In this document: in pieces, positions 29,066-38,047 of the stretch
Position numbering within the stretch: the stretch's first letter is position 1
Layout of the letters: every line of letters begins with the position of its first letter
NCBI GenBank assembly: GCA_964539825.1
Contig: CAZIKF010000001.1
Span: forward strand, 223,478-287,477
Reading direction: 5' to 3'
DNA length: 64,000 nt
DNA from: an uncultured bacterium
GTDB taxonomy: Bacteria; Muiribacteriota; UBA6191
The notes under the pieces: generated by a model
What the model was told of the DNA's origin: nothing
What the model saw: the letters and a program-made list of their open reading frames with translations, nothing else
The model's database searches: none
Position numbers and translations under genes: made by a program

Positions 29066-30838
29066 TCACCATCCGATTAACCAACAAAGCACAAACAAAG
29101 CAGCGATCGCTGAGAACCCAATGCTCACGGTTCCATTTTCAAAACGTGCCATCATCGCTGCTTTTTTACTCTGCATCTCAATAGAAGACACCCCGGAAAT
29201 CAGCCACCCCACTGAAAGTATCTTGGTGGAGACTAAGCCTGGAAAATTTTTAAAAAGAGCGGAAATCCATGAAGTAAATTCCCTGGCCAAAATCCTGTCT
29301 GTCACTGAATTTATCCCATTCAACAGCAAATCCATCAGTCGGTAGAAACCTCTGGCGCTCTTCCTATACACCCATTCAAAATCAAGATTCACTGAGCGAA
29401 TCTCCGCAGGGTAAAGACCTGCAAGCATGAGTAATGAAAAAGCCAGAGCCGAGAAAAACAACAACTGAGCTTGAGAGATGAAATGATCGTAGGTGTATGG
29501 CTGATACTCCACCGCATTAGGGAGTAGTGCATACAATGGATCCGGGTAGCAACCCAGAAAAATACATAGAAATCCCGCAATCCCCATAGCCGCCAGCATA
29601 TTACCCGGAGCTTCTCTGGTTCTCAAACCTCGGTCATGGGAGAAAAATGCGAAAAACGGGATCTTGATACCAGCGTGATGAAAAACACCTGCTGCGGCAA
29701 AGAGCAACACAAACCATACCAAATACAGATGTTCTTCAAGAGATGCGGACATAATCAAAGACTTGCTTACAAATCCATTAGTCAGGGGAAATGCGGAAAT
29801 GGACATCGCACCAATTACACAGAAGAGGCATGTCCAGGGCATGGACTTGTAAAGCCCACCCAGCTCAGTACATTTTGTTCTCCCCGTGCGATACAGCACT
29901 GCCCCCATAGACATCCAGAGCAACCCCTTATAGAGTATGTGGCAAAATGCATGAGCTACAGCACCATTAAGGGCTAGAGGCGTCCCTATTCCAATTCCAG
30001 TGACCATAAAACCGAGCTGGTTCAATAAACTATATGCCAGTACTTTACGTAGGTTATTCTCGATAACGGCATAAAAGATCGGAAAGGCAGCCATCCCAAC
30101 CCCTATCCAGATCAGCAAGTGTTCGCCAGGAAATGCTCTTGCAAGTGCATAAACCGCTGTCTTAGTGGTAAAGGAGCTCAAAAACACAGCCCCCCCCAGA
30201 CTAGAAGAGGGGTAGGAATCCACAAGCCAGGTATGCAGAAAGGGCCAGGCACAATTGACTCCCATACCAAAAAATATTAGGTAGGTGCTCAGGGAAGAGA
30301 GACCAATTTGTCCAAACTCAAAAGAACCCGTTTCATGGATTCTTAAAATGATTCCGCTGATCAACAATAATCCTCCAAAAACATGCATAAGTACGTAACG
30401 AAAAGCCGCTTTTGTGGACTCCGGTGTTTTTCGAGCCAAGATTAGGAACATAGAGCCGAGCGTGAGCATTTCCCAAAAAACGAGAAAGGAAAACAGATCT
30501 CCCGCCAGAATTGCGCCTACAGCCGAACCAGCATAAAAAAGCCCGGCAACAAACTCCAAATTGTCCTTCTGGTGCAGAATATAAAGTACACCTATGAACG
30601 AAATGAGCAGGAAGATGATGCCAAAAGCTGTACTAAGCTTATCCACATGGCCCAACACAATTGGGATCTGAAGAAAGGTAAATTCCCAATAATTTCCTGG
30701 CTCAAGCTGCAAAAACCCCCACAGAGCAATTACTGGGAGGGCCAGGAGGTAAAACTTTTTCCACCACCCCCTGAAGAGAGGCACCAGCAAGCTCCCTCCC
30801 ATCAGGAGTAGGGAAGGGGGAATCTCGCTAGCGATCAT
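29066..30838 (-). CDS. NuoL/MrpA-like proton-pumping antiporter subunit (Mrp module, A-like, without the MrpB domain)
   Basis: 590 aa, polytopic. The FLVFWEMLTLGSMFLI region is typical of the complex-I antiporter-like family (NuoL/M/N, MrpA/D). Confidence 0.7.
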   Translation of the reverse strand: MIASEIPPSLLLMGGSLLVPLFRGWWKKFYLLALPVIALWGFLQLEPGNYWEFTFLQIPIVLGHVDKLSTAFGIIFLLISFIGVLYILHQKDNLEFVAGLFYAGSAVGAILAGDLFSFLVFWEMLTLGSMFLILARKTPESTKAAFRYVLMHVFGGLLLISGIILRIHETGSFEFGQIGLSSLSTYLIFFGMGVNCAWPFLHTWLVDSYPSSSLGGAVFLSSFTTKTAVYALARAFPGEHLLIWIGVGMAAFPIFYAVIENNLRKVLAYSLLNQLGFMVTGIGIGTPLALNGAVAHAFCHILYKGLLWMSMGAVLYRTGRTKCTELGGLYKSMPWTCLFCVIGAMSISAFPLTNGFVSKSLIMSASLEEHLYLVWFVLLFAAAGVFHHAGIKIPFFAFFSHDRGLRTREAPGNMLAAMGIAGFLCIFLGCYPDPLYALLPNAVEYQPYTYDHFISQAQLLFFSALAFSLLMLAGLYPAEIRSVNLDFEWVYRKSARGFYRLMDLLLNGINSVTDRILAREFTSWISALFKNFPGLVSTKILSVGWLISGVSSIEMQSKKAAMMARFENGTVSIGFSAIAALFVLCWLIGW

Positions 30839-31073
30839 AATAGTCTTCCTTTCTCATCACAAGCGGGCGCAATATATACTTGGCAATAAAAACCAACAGA
30901 ATACATGCAATAAATCCAAAAACAGCATAAAACCCCGGCCATTCTTCCACCGGGATGTGCCCATGCCTGTGAATCAGAAAATCCAAACAGAAGAGAATTC
31001 CACAGCAAATGAAAAAGCAGTTCAGAGCTTTTTTAACATTCCTTAAATCATCCCAGATGTGTTTATCCCCCAT
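30828..31073 (-). CDS. small two-TM membrane protein with an HRHGH motif, embedded in the Mrp cluster
   Basis: 81 aa with two hydrophobic helices. It overlaps the following antiporter gene by 11 nt. I recognise no family. Confidence 0.35.
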   Translation of the reverse strand: MGDKHIWDDLRNVKKALNCFFICCGILFCLDFLIHRHGHIPVEEWPGFYAVFGFIACILLVFIAKYILRPLVMRKEDYYDR

Positions 31074-31216
31074 TACTTACCCCTTCCAACTCAAAAAAAT
31101 GATGCCCAGATACAAGAGACCCGAAACAAATGCCAGGCTAAACACCAGCGGATAACCAGGCCACGCCTCATGGGAAAGTACTTGAAGATCTTCCGGTTCC
31201 TGAGAATGAGTCACGC

Positions 31217-32719
31217 TCAACCTCCTACGGCAAGGGTTGCAAGGGAAAAGAACGGTTCGGGGAAAAAGAACAGCACAATTGAAGCTAGAGCAGTGAAACA
31301 CAGGGGTAGTGTGCAGGCTAATGGAGCCTCCTGAATCGCCACCGCATCCTCTTCTTTCGCTGTTCCGAAAAAAGCCTGGTAAATAATGGGGAAAAAATAG
31401 GCGGCGTTTAGAAGAGAACTTCCTAAAAGCACCAGCATCATATACCAGTGTCCTGATTCGATGGTTCCCGTGAGAAGGAGCCACTTACTGATAAACCCAC
31501 CCGCTGGTGGTAGACCAATTACGCTTAGGGAGCCGATTAAAAACGCACCGAAAGTAAACGGCATGCGCCTCCCCAGGCCAACCATTTGCGAAATATACTT
31601 CTTCCCGGTAGCGACAAAAATGGCACCAGCACACATAAACAATGTGATCTTGCCAAAGGCATGCATACATATATGCAGCATTGCACCCTTGACTCCGTAA
31701 CTCTCTGCTAACCCCGCTCCCAGGATAATGTAAGAAAGCTGACCCACTGTTGAAAACGCCAATCTTCGTTTTAAATTATCCTGGGTCAATGCGATCAGGG
31801 ATGAAAGAATGACCGTAATGCCGGCAATCACACAAATGACGTTATCTAAAGACGTATCACTCAGGAGCTCAATTCCAAAGACCCCTGTAATGACCCGGAG
31901 ATTACAAAAAACACCTACCTTTACGACAGCCACGGCATGGAGAAGAGCGCTAACGGGAGTGGGCGCCACCATTGCCCCTGGAAGCCAGGAATGGAACGGC
32001 ATCAATCCTGATTTTGCAAACCCAAAAAGAAAGAGCAGCAGCAATACCAGAAGCGAACCCGGCTTAGTTACGTCGCTAAAGATCCCTAAACTGGAAAACT
32101 CAAGAGTTCCCGTCATTTGATAGGTGATGATCATTGCTGGCAATACGAAGCCAATGGAAGTGCCTAAAAGATACGTAAGATACTTTCTCCCCCCGGTCCG
32201 GGCTTCTGAATCTTGATGATGGGCTACCAGGGGAAAGGTGGAGAGAGACAAGATTTCGTAAAAAACATACAATGTTAGTAAATTACCCGCGAAAGCCACA
32301 CCTGCCGTCGCGGACAGGGCTAGAGCAAAACAGGCGAAAAAACGAGTCTGAGCGTGCTCATTTAAGCCCCTCATATAGCCTATGCAGTAGAGGGATGTGG
32401 GAATCCACAAGGTACAGGCAACAAAAGCGAAAAGAAGACCGAAAGAATCTACTCGAAACTGAAGAGATAATCCCGGTAGAACCTGGCACAATTCCCATTC
32501 CACTCTTATTCCATGCATCACCGGATCCAGCAGTGTATACAGTAGGGCTAGCTTCATAAACCCAGCCAGGAAAGTCCAAAACTCCCTCAGGTTGGGCTTA
32601 CGTCCGCTCAAAGAAATTGGAATCACTGCTAATGCAGAAATTAGGACAATTGCTACGGGGGTAAATGAGGTCACGGCCTGAGTCACAGTAATCCACCTGG
32701 AATCACAGGCTGTATCCAC
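31217..32719 (-). CDS. MrpD/NuoM/NuoN-like antiporter subunit
   Basis: 500-aa polytopic protein of the antiporter-like family. It overlaps the upstream paralog by 37 nt. Confidence 0.7.
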   Translation of the reverse strand: MDTACDSRWITVTQAVTSFTPVAIVLISALAVIPISLSGRKPNLREFWTFLAGFMKLALLYTLLDPVMHGIRVEWELCQVLPGLSLQFRVDSFGLLFAFVACTLWIPTSLYCIGYMRGLNEHAQTRFFACFALALSATAGVAFAGNLLTLYVFYEILSLSTFPLVAHHQDSEARTGGRKYLTYLLGTSIGFVLPAMIITYQMTGTLEFSSLGIFSDVTKPGSLLVLLLLFLFGFAKSGLMPFHSWLPGAMVAPTPVSALLHAVAVVKVGVFCNLRVITGVFGIELLSDTSLDNVICVIAGITVILSSLIALTQDNLKRRLAFSTVGQLSYIILGAGLAESYGVKGAMLHICMHAFGKITLFMCAGAIFVATGKKYISQMVGLGRRMPFTFGAFLIGSLSVIGLPPAGGFISKWLLLTGTIESGHWYMMLVLLGSSLLNAAYFFPIIYQAFFGTAKEEDAVAIQEAPLACTLPLCFTALASIVLFFFPEPFFSLATLAVGG

Positions 32720-34176
32720 CTGGTAACAATCTCACTCGAATATAGTCCCATTGCTAAAAGGGCCAACGCCGAAGCCCAGAGAGGGAGCAGCATCGAGGGA
32801 GGGCTATCTGCATAACAAGTCTCCTGATGAGAATGCGGGTCCGGCTCTTCATCTGACGTTGCTGAGAAAAATGCGGTTTCTACAATTCGTATAAAAAGGA
32901 CTGCATTGATAAGACTACTCAAAAGTAAGGCCACCCCAAAGGCATAATCTCCGGACTGGTAGGCTCCACTGAGTAAATACCACTTACTAAAAAAACCACA
33001 GGTCGGCGGTACCCCTATCATGGAAAGAGCCCCGAGTATAAAGGCACCCATGGTCCACGGCATTGTCGAAAAAGCCCCTTTAAAGTCCTCAATGTGCGCT
33101 CTGCCTCGCTTGTACACAATGGAGCCCACGACCATGAATAAACAGACTGTCATCAGCCCATCCGCCAGAATATGGTAAGAGGCACCGATATATCCTGAGG
33201 CGTTTCCAAGCCATGCCCCGCCCACCATATAGCCAATTTCAGCCACGATGAGATAAGTCAGCATGCGCTTGATATTTCTCTGGGCAAGCGCGAAGCAGGA
33301 GCCCATCAAAATGGCAATTACGGCCAATGCCATCACCAGGGGTTTCCATGTAATCACTGAGAAAACCCAATCAACGGAATACATGGTGAACATGATGCGC
33401 AGCATCACATATACCGAAACCTTTGTCATTAAAGGGGCCACGAGACAGCTAACGGCGGTGGGAGCATTGGTATAAGCATTGGGTAACCAGCCGTGAAATG
33501 GAAATAGAGCCATTTTCAACCAACAGCCCATCATCAGGAACGCAAACGCAACCAGGATCGCTCTGGACCCCGACAGGCTGGGAACAATACTACCGATATC
33601 CACCATGTTCAAAGTACCTGTTTTGATCAGTAGAAACCCAACTCCAAGAAGGTAAAAGCAGGCTCCAACGGTCCCCAGAATCACGTAATTAAAGGTAGCC
33701 ATGTAGGCACGCCCACGGCCCAAAGCTATTAACGCGTAGCTGGTTAGCGCGGCAATTTCAAGCAGAACATACAAATTGAAAGCATCTCCTGTAATCGTGA
33801 TTCCAAGAAGTCCTGTCACTAATAAAATAAAGAGAGTATAAAAATTGGAGATTTTACCCCCTAATTCCTTCTGAACAGGTTTCCTGGCATAGACCGCAAC
33901 CAAAAGAGCCACGGAAGAAACCATCATCAGAACCATGGCATTCAATGCATCTACCCGGTATTCAATACCGAAGGGCGGAGCCCACCCTCCAAGGTGGTAG
34001 CTGATTGGCCCTGAATTTACGACCTGGGCCAGGGTTGCAATAGCACTCAAGGAGCTACCCAGCAGCCCCACAACCGTGAGAGGTTGACACACGGCCGGGC
34101 GAAACCACCCTAGAAGAGTTAAGGCGAATGCCGTAAACAGGGGGAAAACGATAATGAGAATCGGTAATTGGTCCAT
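32683..34176 (-). CDS. MrpD/NuoM/NuoN-like antiporter subunit (second copy)
   Basis: 497-aa polytopic protein, a paralog of the previous gene. Its start abuts the mrpC stop. Confidence 0.7.
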   Translation of the reverse strand: MDQLPILIIVFPLFTAFALTLLGWFRPAVCQPLTVVGLLGSSLSAIATLAQVVNSGPISYHLGGWAPPFGIEYRVDALNAMVLMMVSSVALLVAVYARKPVQKELGGKISNFYTLFILLVTGLLGITITGDAFNLYVLLEIAALTSYALIALGRGRAYMATFNYVILGTVGACFYLLGVGFLLIKTGTLNMVDIGSIVPSLSGSRAILVAFAFLMMGCWLKMALFPFHGWLPNAYTNAPTAVSCLVAPLMTKVSVYVMLRIMFTMYSVDWVFSVITWKPLVMALAVIAILMGSCFALAQRNIKRMLTYLIVAEIGYMVGGAWLGNASGYIGASYHILADGLMTVCLFMVVGSIVYKRGRAHIEDFKGAFSTMPWTMGAFILGALSMIGVPPTCGFFSKWYLLSGAYQSGDYAFGVALLLSSLINAVLFIRIVETAFFSATSDEEPDPHSHQETCYADSPPSMLLPLWASALALLAMGLYSSEIVTRWIQPVIPGGLL

Positions 34177-34613
34177 TATGCTTTTAATTCATCCTGGAGA
34201 GGAAGCTCATGATCTTGTTCTTCGCTCATACAATTAAGGATCTCGTCTTCCTCGCAAGTACCATATTCCCTATAGATTTTCTGCACCAGGGTTAAAGCCA
34301 TTCCCAATGTTGCCACGCCGACTACAATGGCCGTAAGCATAAGAATTTGGGTGAGGGGGTTGGCATAAATAGTAGGATCCGAAATGTAGGATTCCGGCCC
34401 ATGGCCATGGGCTCCGGGAACGTGTTTTAAGATTGGGATTGTGGCACCCTTCTTAGCTCCCATCGAAATGTAGAACATAATAATCGCGTTCTGGAAAATA
34501 CACATTCCGATACATTTCTTAATGAGATTATTTTTTCCGATCATGGCCCATAGCCCCGTCATCAACAAAATGATCACAAGCAGATAGTTATAATGTACTT
34601 CTACCCAGGCCAT
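34176..34613 (-). CDS. mrpC: MrpC/NuoK-like subunit
   Basis: NLIKKCIGMCIFQNAIIMFYI matches the MnhC/NuoK core. I placed the start at the internal Met (MAWVEVHY); the ORF runs up to 34673. Confidence 0.7.
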   Translation of the reverse strand: MAWVEVHYNYLLVIILLMTGLWAMIGKNNLIKKCIGMCIFQNAIIMFYISMGAKKGATIPILKHVPGAHGHGPESYISDPTIYANPLTQILMLTAIVVGVATLGMALTLVQKIYREYGTCEEDEILNCMSEEQDHELPLQDELKA

Positions 34614-34620
34614 GAATCTC

Positions 34621-35508
34621 CTATAACCCTCTGTCCATCCGCCCGTCAGAGGACAGATAAGCGAATATTGCAAACATCGAGCTCATTACCGTGAAAGCTA
34701 CACCGATTTCCACCCAAAGCATCCCGTGATAACGGGCCATAATTGCAGCTGCTTTAGGATCCCCTCCAAGAAGCGGAGCCAGGGCGCTATAATCCAGAAA
34801 ATTACCCCCGAAAAACATACAGCCAAGGCCGACCCCGGCATAAAGCAGAAAACCGCCCGCTACCAGGACAATGAACCACTTCTCCCGCATGCGATCCAGG
34901 GCGGATTCAAGCTCACCTGTCATTGCCATAAGAATCAAACTTGCCCCCAGTATCACCCCGCCCTGAAATCCGCCACCGGGACTGTGATGCCCGTGCGCAA
35001 TTACATAGAGGGCAAACATCTGCATAAACGGCACAATGAACCGGGTGGCGACACCGAGAATAAATCCCTCCGGAGGGGCATGAGGCGGTCTATCGCCAGT
35101 TTCGGAATCCTCTTCCTTTGGATCTCTGCGCAAAATCGCCATGATTCCAATCACGGCCACAAATACCACCCCGGTTTCAAACATGGTATCAAAACCTCGG
35201 TAATCCGCTAACACTGCAGTCACCACGTTAGGTACATGGGTCTGCTCCATCGAATTTTTCAGGTAATAAGCAGATACGTATGAATTAGCAGGAGACTTCG
35301 CGTCTCCCCAGGCCGGAAGGTCATCAAGGACCCCGATCAACAGAAATCCAACAAAGAGTGCTAGCAATAGCGATAGAGCCTTCAATCCTTTGCCTCTTTC
35401 TTGATGTTGTATGCGGTGGCAATGAAGAAAACTGTACTGACTCCAGCGCCCACAGCCGCCTCGGTAAAGGCGACATCCACTGCTCCCATCACAGTCCACA
35501 AAAGGCAC
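34621..35508 (-). CDS. mrpB: MrpB/MbhE-like subunit
   Basis: VTAVLADYRGFDTMFETGVVFVAVIG matches the MnhB core. The true start is probably downstream of 35382, since the ORF overlaps the preceding gene by 127 nt. Confidence 0.6.
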   Translation of the reverse strand: MPFVDCDGSSGCRLYRGGCGRWSQYSFLHCHRIQHQERGKGLKALSLLLALFVGFLLIGVLDDLPAWGDAKSPANSYVSAYYLKNSMEQTHVPNVVTAVLADYRGFDTMFETGVVFVAVIGIMAILRRDPKEEDSETGDRPPHAPPEGFILGVATRFIVPFMQMFALYVIAHGHHSPGGGFQGGVILGASLILMAMTGELESALDRMREKWFIVLVAGGFLLYAGVGLGCMFFGGNFLDYSALAPLLGGDPKAAAIMARYHGMLWVEIGVAFTVMSSMFAIFAYLSSDGRMDRGL

Positions 35509-35645
35509 ATGAAAAAGCTATAGGTACCGAATACAATAGCAGCCCCCATCAGATCCTTTAGAGCTAAGGAAAGTGCGGCGGTAGCAACTACCAGGACCAG
35601 CAGAGTAAAATCATAAGTCCAAATCAAATCTTGAGGCCAAATCAC
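35382..35645 (-). CDS. MbhD/DUF4040-like small subunit (N-terminal MrpB-type domain)
   Basis: 87-aa, three-TM protein that precedes mrpB as in Mbh/Mrp-like clusters. Confidence 0.55.
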   Translation of the reverse strand: MIWPQDLIWTYDFTLLVLVVATAALSLALKDLMGAAIVFGTYSFFMCLLWTVMGAVDVAFTEAAVGAGVSTVFFIATAYNIKKEAKD

Positions 35646-35974
35646 TACCGGCTTCCCTTCTTCCAGTGATCAATCTCTGTTTCATATCCTGCATCCATGA
35701 TGGCGTGTGTCGCTGTGGGGCTTCCCATGAAAATGAATCCCACAACCAGCAGGACTTTTGAGGCAACCAGGAGAGTATGGAAATCAACACCGTATTTGGA
35801 AAGGATGAATATTGCGCAACCCAAGTGCAGAAGAACCGAAGACAGGGTGTCGCCCTTTCCGGCAGCATGCATCCTCGTGTAAAAACCGGGAAACCGCAAA
35901 AGACCTACACTCGTTCCGAAGAAAAAGAACAGTCCGGATAAGACGCAAAAAATGACTATTCCATCAAGAATCAT
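35645..35974 (-). CDS. mrpG: MrpG-like subunit
   Basis: GLLRFPGFYTRMHAAGKGDTLSSVL matches the MnhG signature. I placed the start at the internal Met (MILDGIVIF); the ORF runs up to 36109. Confidence 0.6.
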   Translation of the reverse strand: MILDGIVIFCVLSGLFFFFGTSVGLLRFPGFYTRMHAAGKGDTLSSVLLHLGCAIFILSKYGVDFHTLLVASKVLLVVGFIFMGSPTATHAIMDAGYETEIDHWKKGSR

Positions 35975-36287
35975 CGGCTCTCTCCAAATGCCTGGTTTCT
36001 CCCTCCCATTGAAGCTCGGGATGCAGAGTTTTATGATGGTGGTAATACTTGGCGGCCGCGATGGATGTAATGAAGTTAAGCAGACCATAACCAAGGGAAA
36101 TATCCACAAACATATCAGCCCTCTCGAATATGACCCCGATTACAACCAGGAGCACTGTTGCCTTGGTTCCAATTACATTAACAGCTACTAGCCGGTCGAT
36201 CACTGTAGGGCCCTTGAACATACGAATCAGCACGAGGATCATCATGATGATCAAAGCCATGCCGGCACCGATGAAGAATTTATCCAT
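35964..36287 (-). CDS. mrpF: MrpF-like subunit
   Basis: MDKFFIGAGMALIIMMILVLIRMFKGPTVIDRLVAVNVIGTK matches the MnhF pattern. I used the internal Met; the ORF runs up to 36464. Confidence 0.6.
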   Translation of the reverse strand: MDKFFIGAGMALIIMMILVLIRMFKGPTVIDRLVAVNVIGTKATVLLVVIGVIFERADMFVDISLGYGLLNFITSIAAAKYYHHHKTLHPELQWEGETRHLERADDS

Positions 36288-36774
36288 TCGCCACGCCCTC
36301 AAAGACCCACTTAATACGCTTCTCCATATCTCCAGGCACACCTTCTGCGGATTGGCGGGTAAGCGCATGAACCAGGTACACGCCATTTCTAATGCGAACC
36401 GTGATAGTACCTGGTGTAAGGGTGATAGAGTTAGCCAGAAGAAAGCGCGGGATTTCCCCCTCAAGACTGGTCGTGAAGTCCATCATTTGCGGCTCTAGCA
36501 ATTCCTCCATTTTGGGATGCAGAGCGACATAAACCACATGAAGATTGGCAACCACAATTTGATAGAGAAGCCAGAAGAAGTAGCCCGTAAAGCGCCAGAG
36601 GACTCGCAGGCGTGCCCCCAATCCAATGTTGGTCTCCTTTACCAGCAAATCACCGGTCCAGAGAGTAACGATGAGGGTACAAATCACTCCCATTGATAGA
36701 TGGAATCCATCTAGATTCCCAGAGAGTAGAATCCAAAATCCGAATAGTATGACGAATGAAACCGCGAATCGCAT
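36280..36774 (-). CDS. mrpE: MrpE-like subunit
   Basis: MRFAVSFVILFGFWILLSGNLDGFHLSMGVI is the MnhE-like N-terminus. The internal Met gives about 165 aa; the ORF runs up to 36825. Confidence 0.6.
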   Translation of the reverse strand: MRFAVSFVILFGFWILLSGNLDGFHLSMGVICTLIVTLWTGDLLVKETNIGLGARLRVLWRFTGYFFWLLYQIVVANLHVVYVALHPKMEELLEPQMMDFTTSLEGEIPRFLLANSITLTPGTITVRIRNGVYLVHALTRQSAEGVPGDMEKRIKWVFEGVANG

Positions 36775-36987
36775 TCTTGTCCTGTTCTTCAGTTGGGGCC
36801 GGGTGACCCCGAGCGACGGCCTCATACTAAAGGGGTGGGTTCATCGTGTCAAGAAGAAGTAAGCAGCCCCACAAGACCAGCAGTAATCTCCTATAAGGAA
36901 AGTAAACCGGTTGTAGTTCATGGACAAAATAAGCTCATCGCAGATGGACAAAGGAATCGGACAATCTAATTGCGCTTGGGCACAAGA

Positions 36988-37503
36988 TCAGGTCGGTTCT
37001 TCCGAGGAGTACCGATGAGCCAACTGCTGAAGTTTTGCCGGGTTCATATTTTCAAATAGCCTCCCCTCCAACTGAATACAGGGGCCTGTGGAACAGGAAC
37101 CGAGACATTTGACAAACATCGGTTTCCATTGTTCAAGAAGGCTGTTTTGATTCTCAAGAACCCAACGTTTCAGTTCTCCCGCCCCCTTTCCCAGGCAGGT
37201 TAGATTCTCACAGACAACGAGTAGGCCGCTAAATTGCTCCTCGCGGGTATATTCATCGTAAAGCGTGTAGAGTAAAACCGGAGAAACCGAAAGTGAAGTC
37301 GCCAGGGTCCTTAGAAACTCCAACCCCACTTCAAGGCTGGGAAATTCCCTTTGCAAGAATCTAAAACACGCCGTGGGATTCTTGGCCCAGTACTCCTTGC
37401 GCTCAACCAACTTAGCCAGGACCAAGATCTCTAAATCTGGTGAATTATGATCATCAGAGCTCACCGCGACAACTCCCCAACTGTGGTACGATACCAGGGC
37501 CAT
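36988..37503 (-). CDS. NuoE-like thioredoxin-like [2Fe-2S] ferredoxin
   Basis: VCENLTCLGKG (Cx4C) and VKCLGSCSTGPCIQLEG align with the NuoE ligand motifs CDSVVC / CLGNCDKGPNMMI. The start at M27 places the first Cys at residue 98, against 92 in E. coli NuoE. Confidence 0.5.
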   Translation of the reverse strand: MALVSYHSWGVVAVSSDDHNSPDLEILVLAKLVERKEYWAKNPTACFRFLQREFPSLEVGLEFLRTLATSLSVSPVLLYTLYDEYTREEQFSGLLVVCENLTCLGKGAGELKRWVLENQNSLLEQWKPMFVKCLGSCSTGPCIQLEGRLFENMNPAKLQQLAHRYSSEEPT

Positions 37504-38035
37504 GATATTGACAGGTTCCGAGATTAAACGGGAATTGGGGTCCAAGATTTTTATCGAACCCTTCCAAGAAGAGTTTCTCAATCCGAATTCCTACAATCTT
37601 CGACTTCATGATGAGCTGCTTGTCTACACCCAGTTCCCGCTTGACATGAAGAAAAAGAATCCTACCAAAAGGCTCCGGATTCCCACCGATGGGCTTGAGC
37701 TTCAACCGGGAAATCTTTACCTTGGAAGAACGCATGAGCAAACTCGTACTGAGGGCCTGGTCCCCATGCTTGAAGGAAGATCCTCGATTGGGAGACTGGG
37801 AATGTTTGTACATGTCAGCGCCGGGTTTGGTGATGTTGGATTTGATGGATTCTGGACTCTGGAAGTCCTCGTGATCCACCCCCTGGTGATCTATCCCTTG
37901 GTTGAAGTATGTCAGATCTTCTACCATACCACCCTGGGAGAGCTCAAATCATACCAATCCAGTAAATATCAGCATAACGAAGGAATTCAGCCCAGCTTGC
38001 TTTTTCGGGACTTCAAGCACTTCAACGAAAACTAA
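37502..38035 (+). CDS. dcd: dCTP deaminase
   Basis: MILTGSEIKRELGSKIFIEPF...NPNSYNLRL and LEGRSSIGRLGMFVHVSAGFGDVGFDGFWTLEV are classic Dcd blocks. Confidence 0.85.
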   Translation: MILTGSEIKRELGSKIFIEPFQEEFLNPNSYNLRLHDELLVYTQFPLDMKKKNPTKRLRIPTDGLELQPGNLYLGRTHEQTRTEGLVPMLEGRSSIGRLGMFVHVSAGFGDVGFDGFWTLEVLVIHPLVIYPLVEVCQIFYHTTLGELKSYQSSKYQHNEGIQPSLLFRDFKHFNEN

Positions 38036-38047
38036 AATTAGAACAAT

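Noticed and set aside
37454-37927. 157-aa minus-strand ORF overlapping dcd
   Set aside because: It is antisense to a well-supported dcd gene and has no recognisable features.
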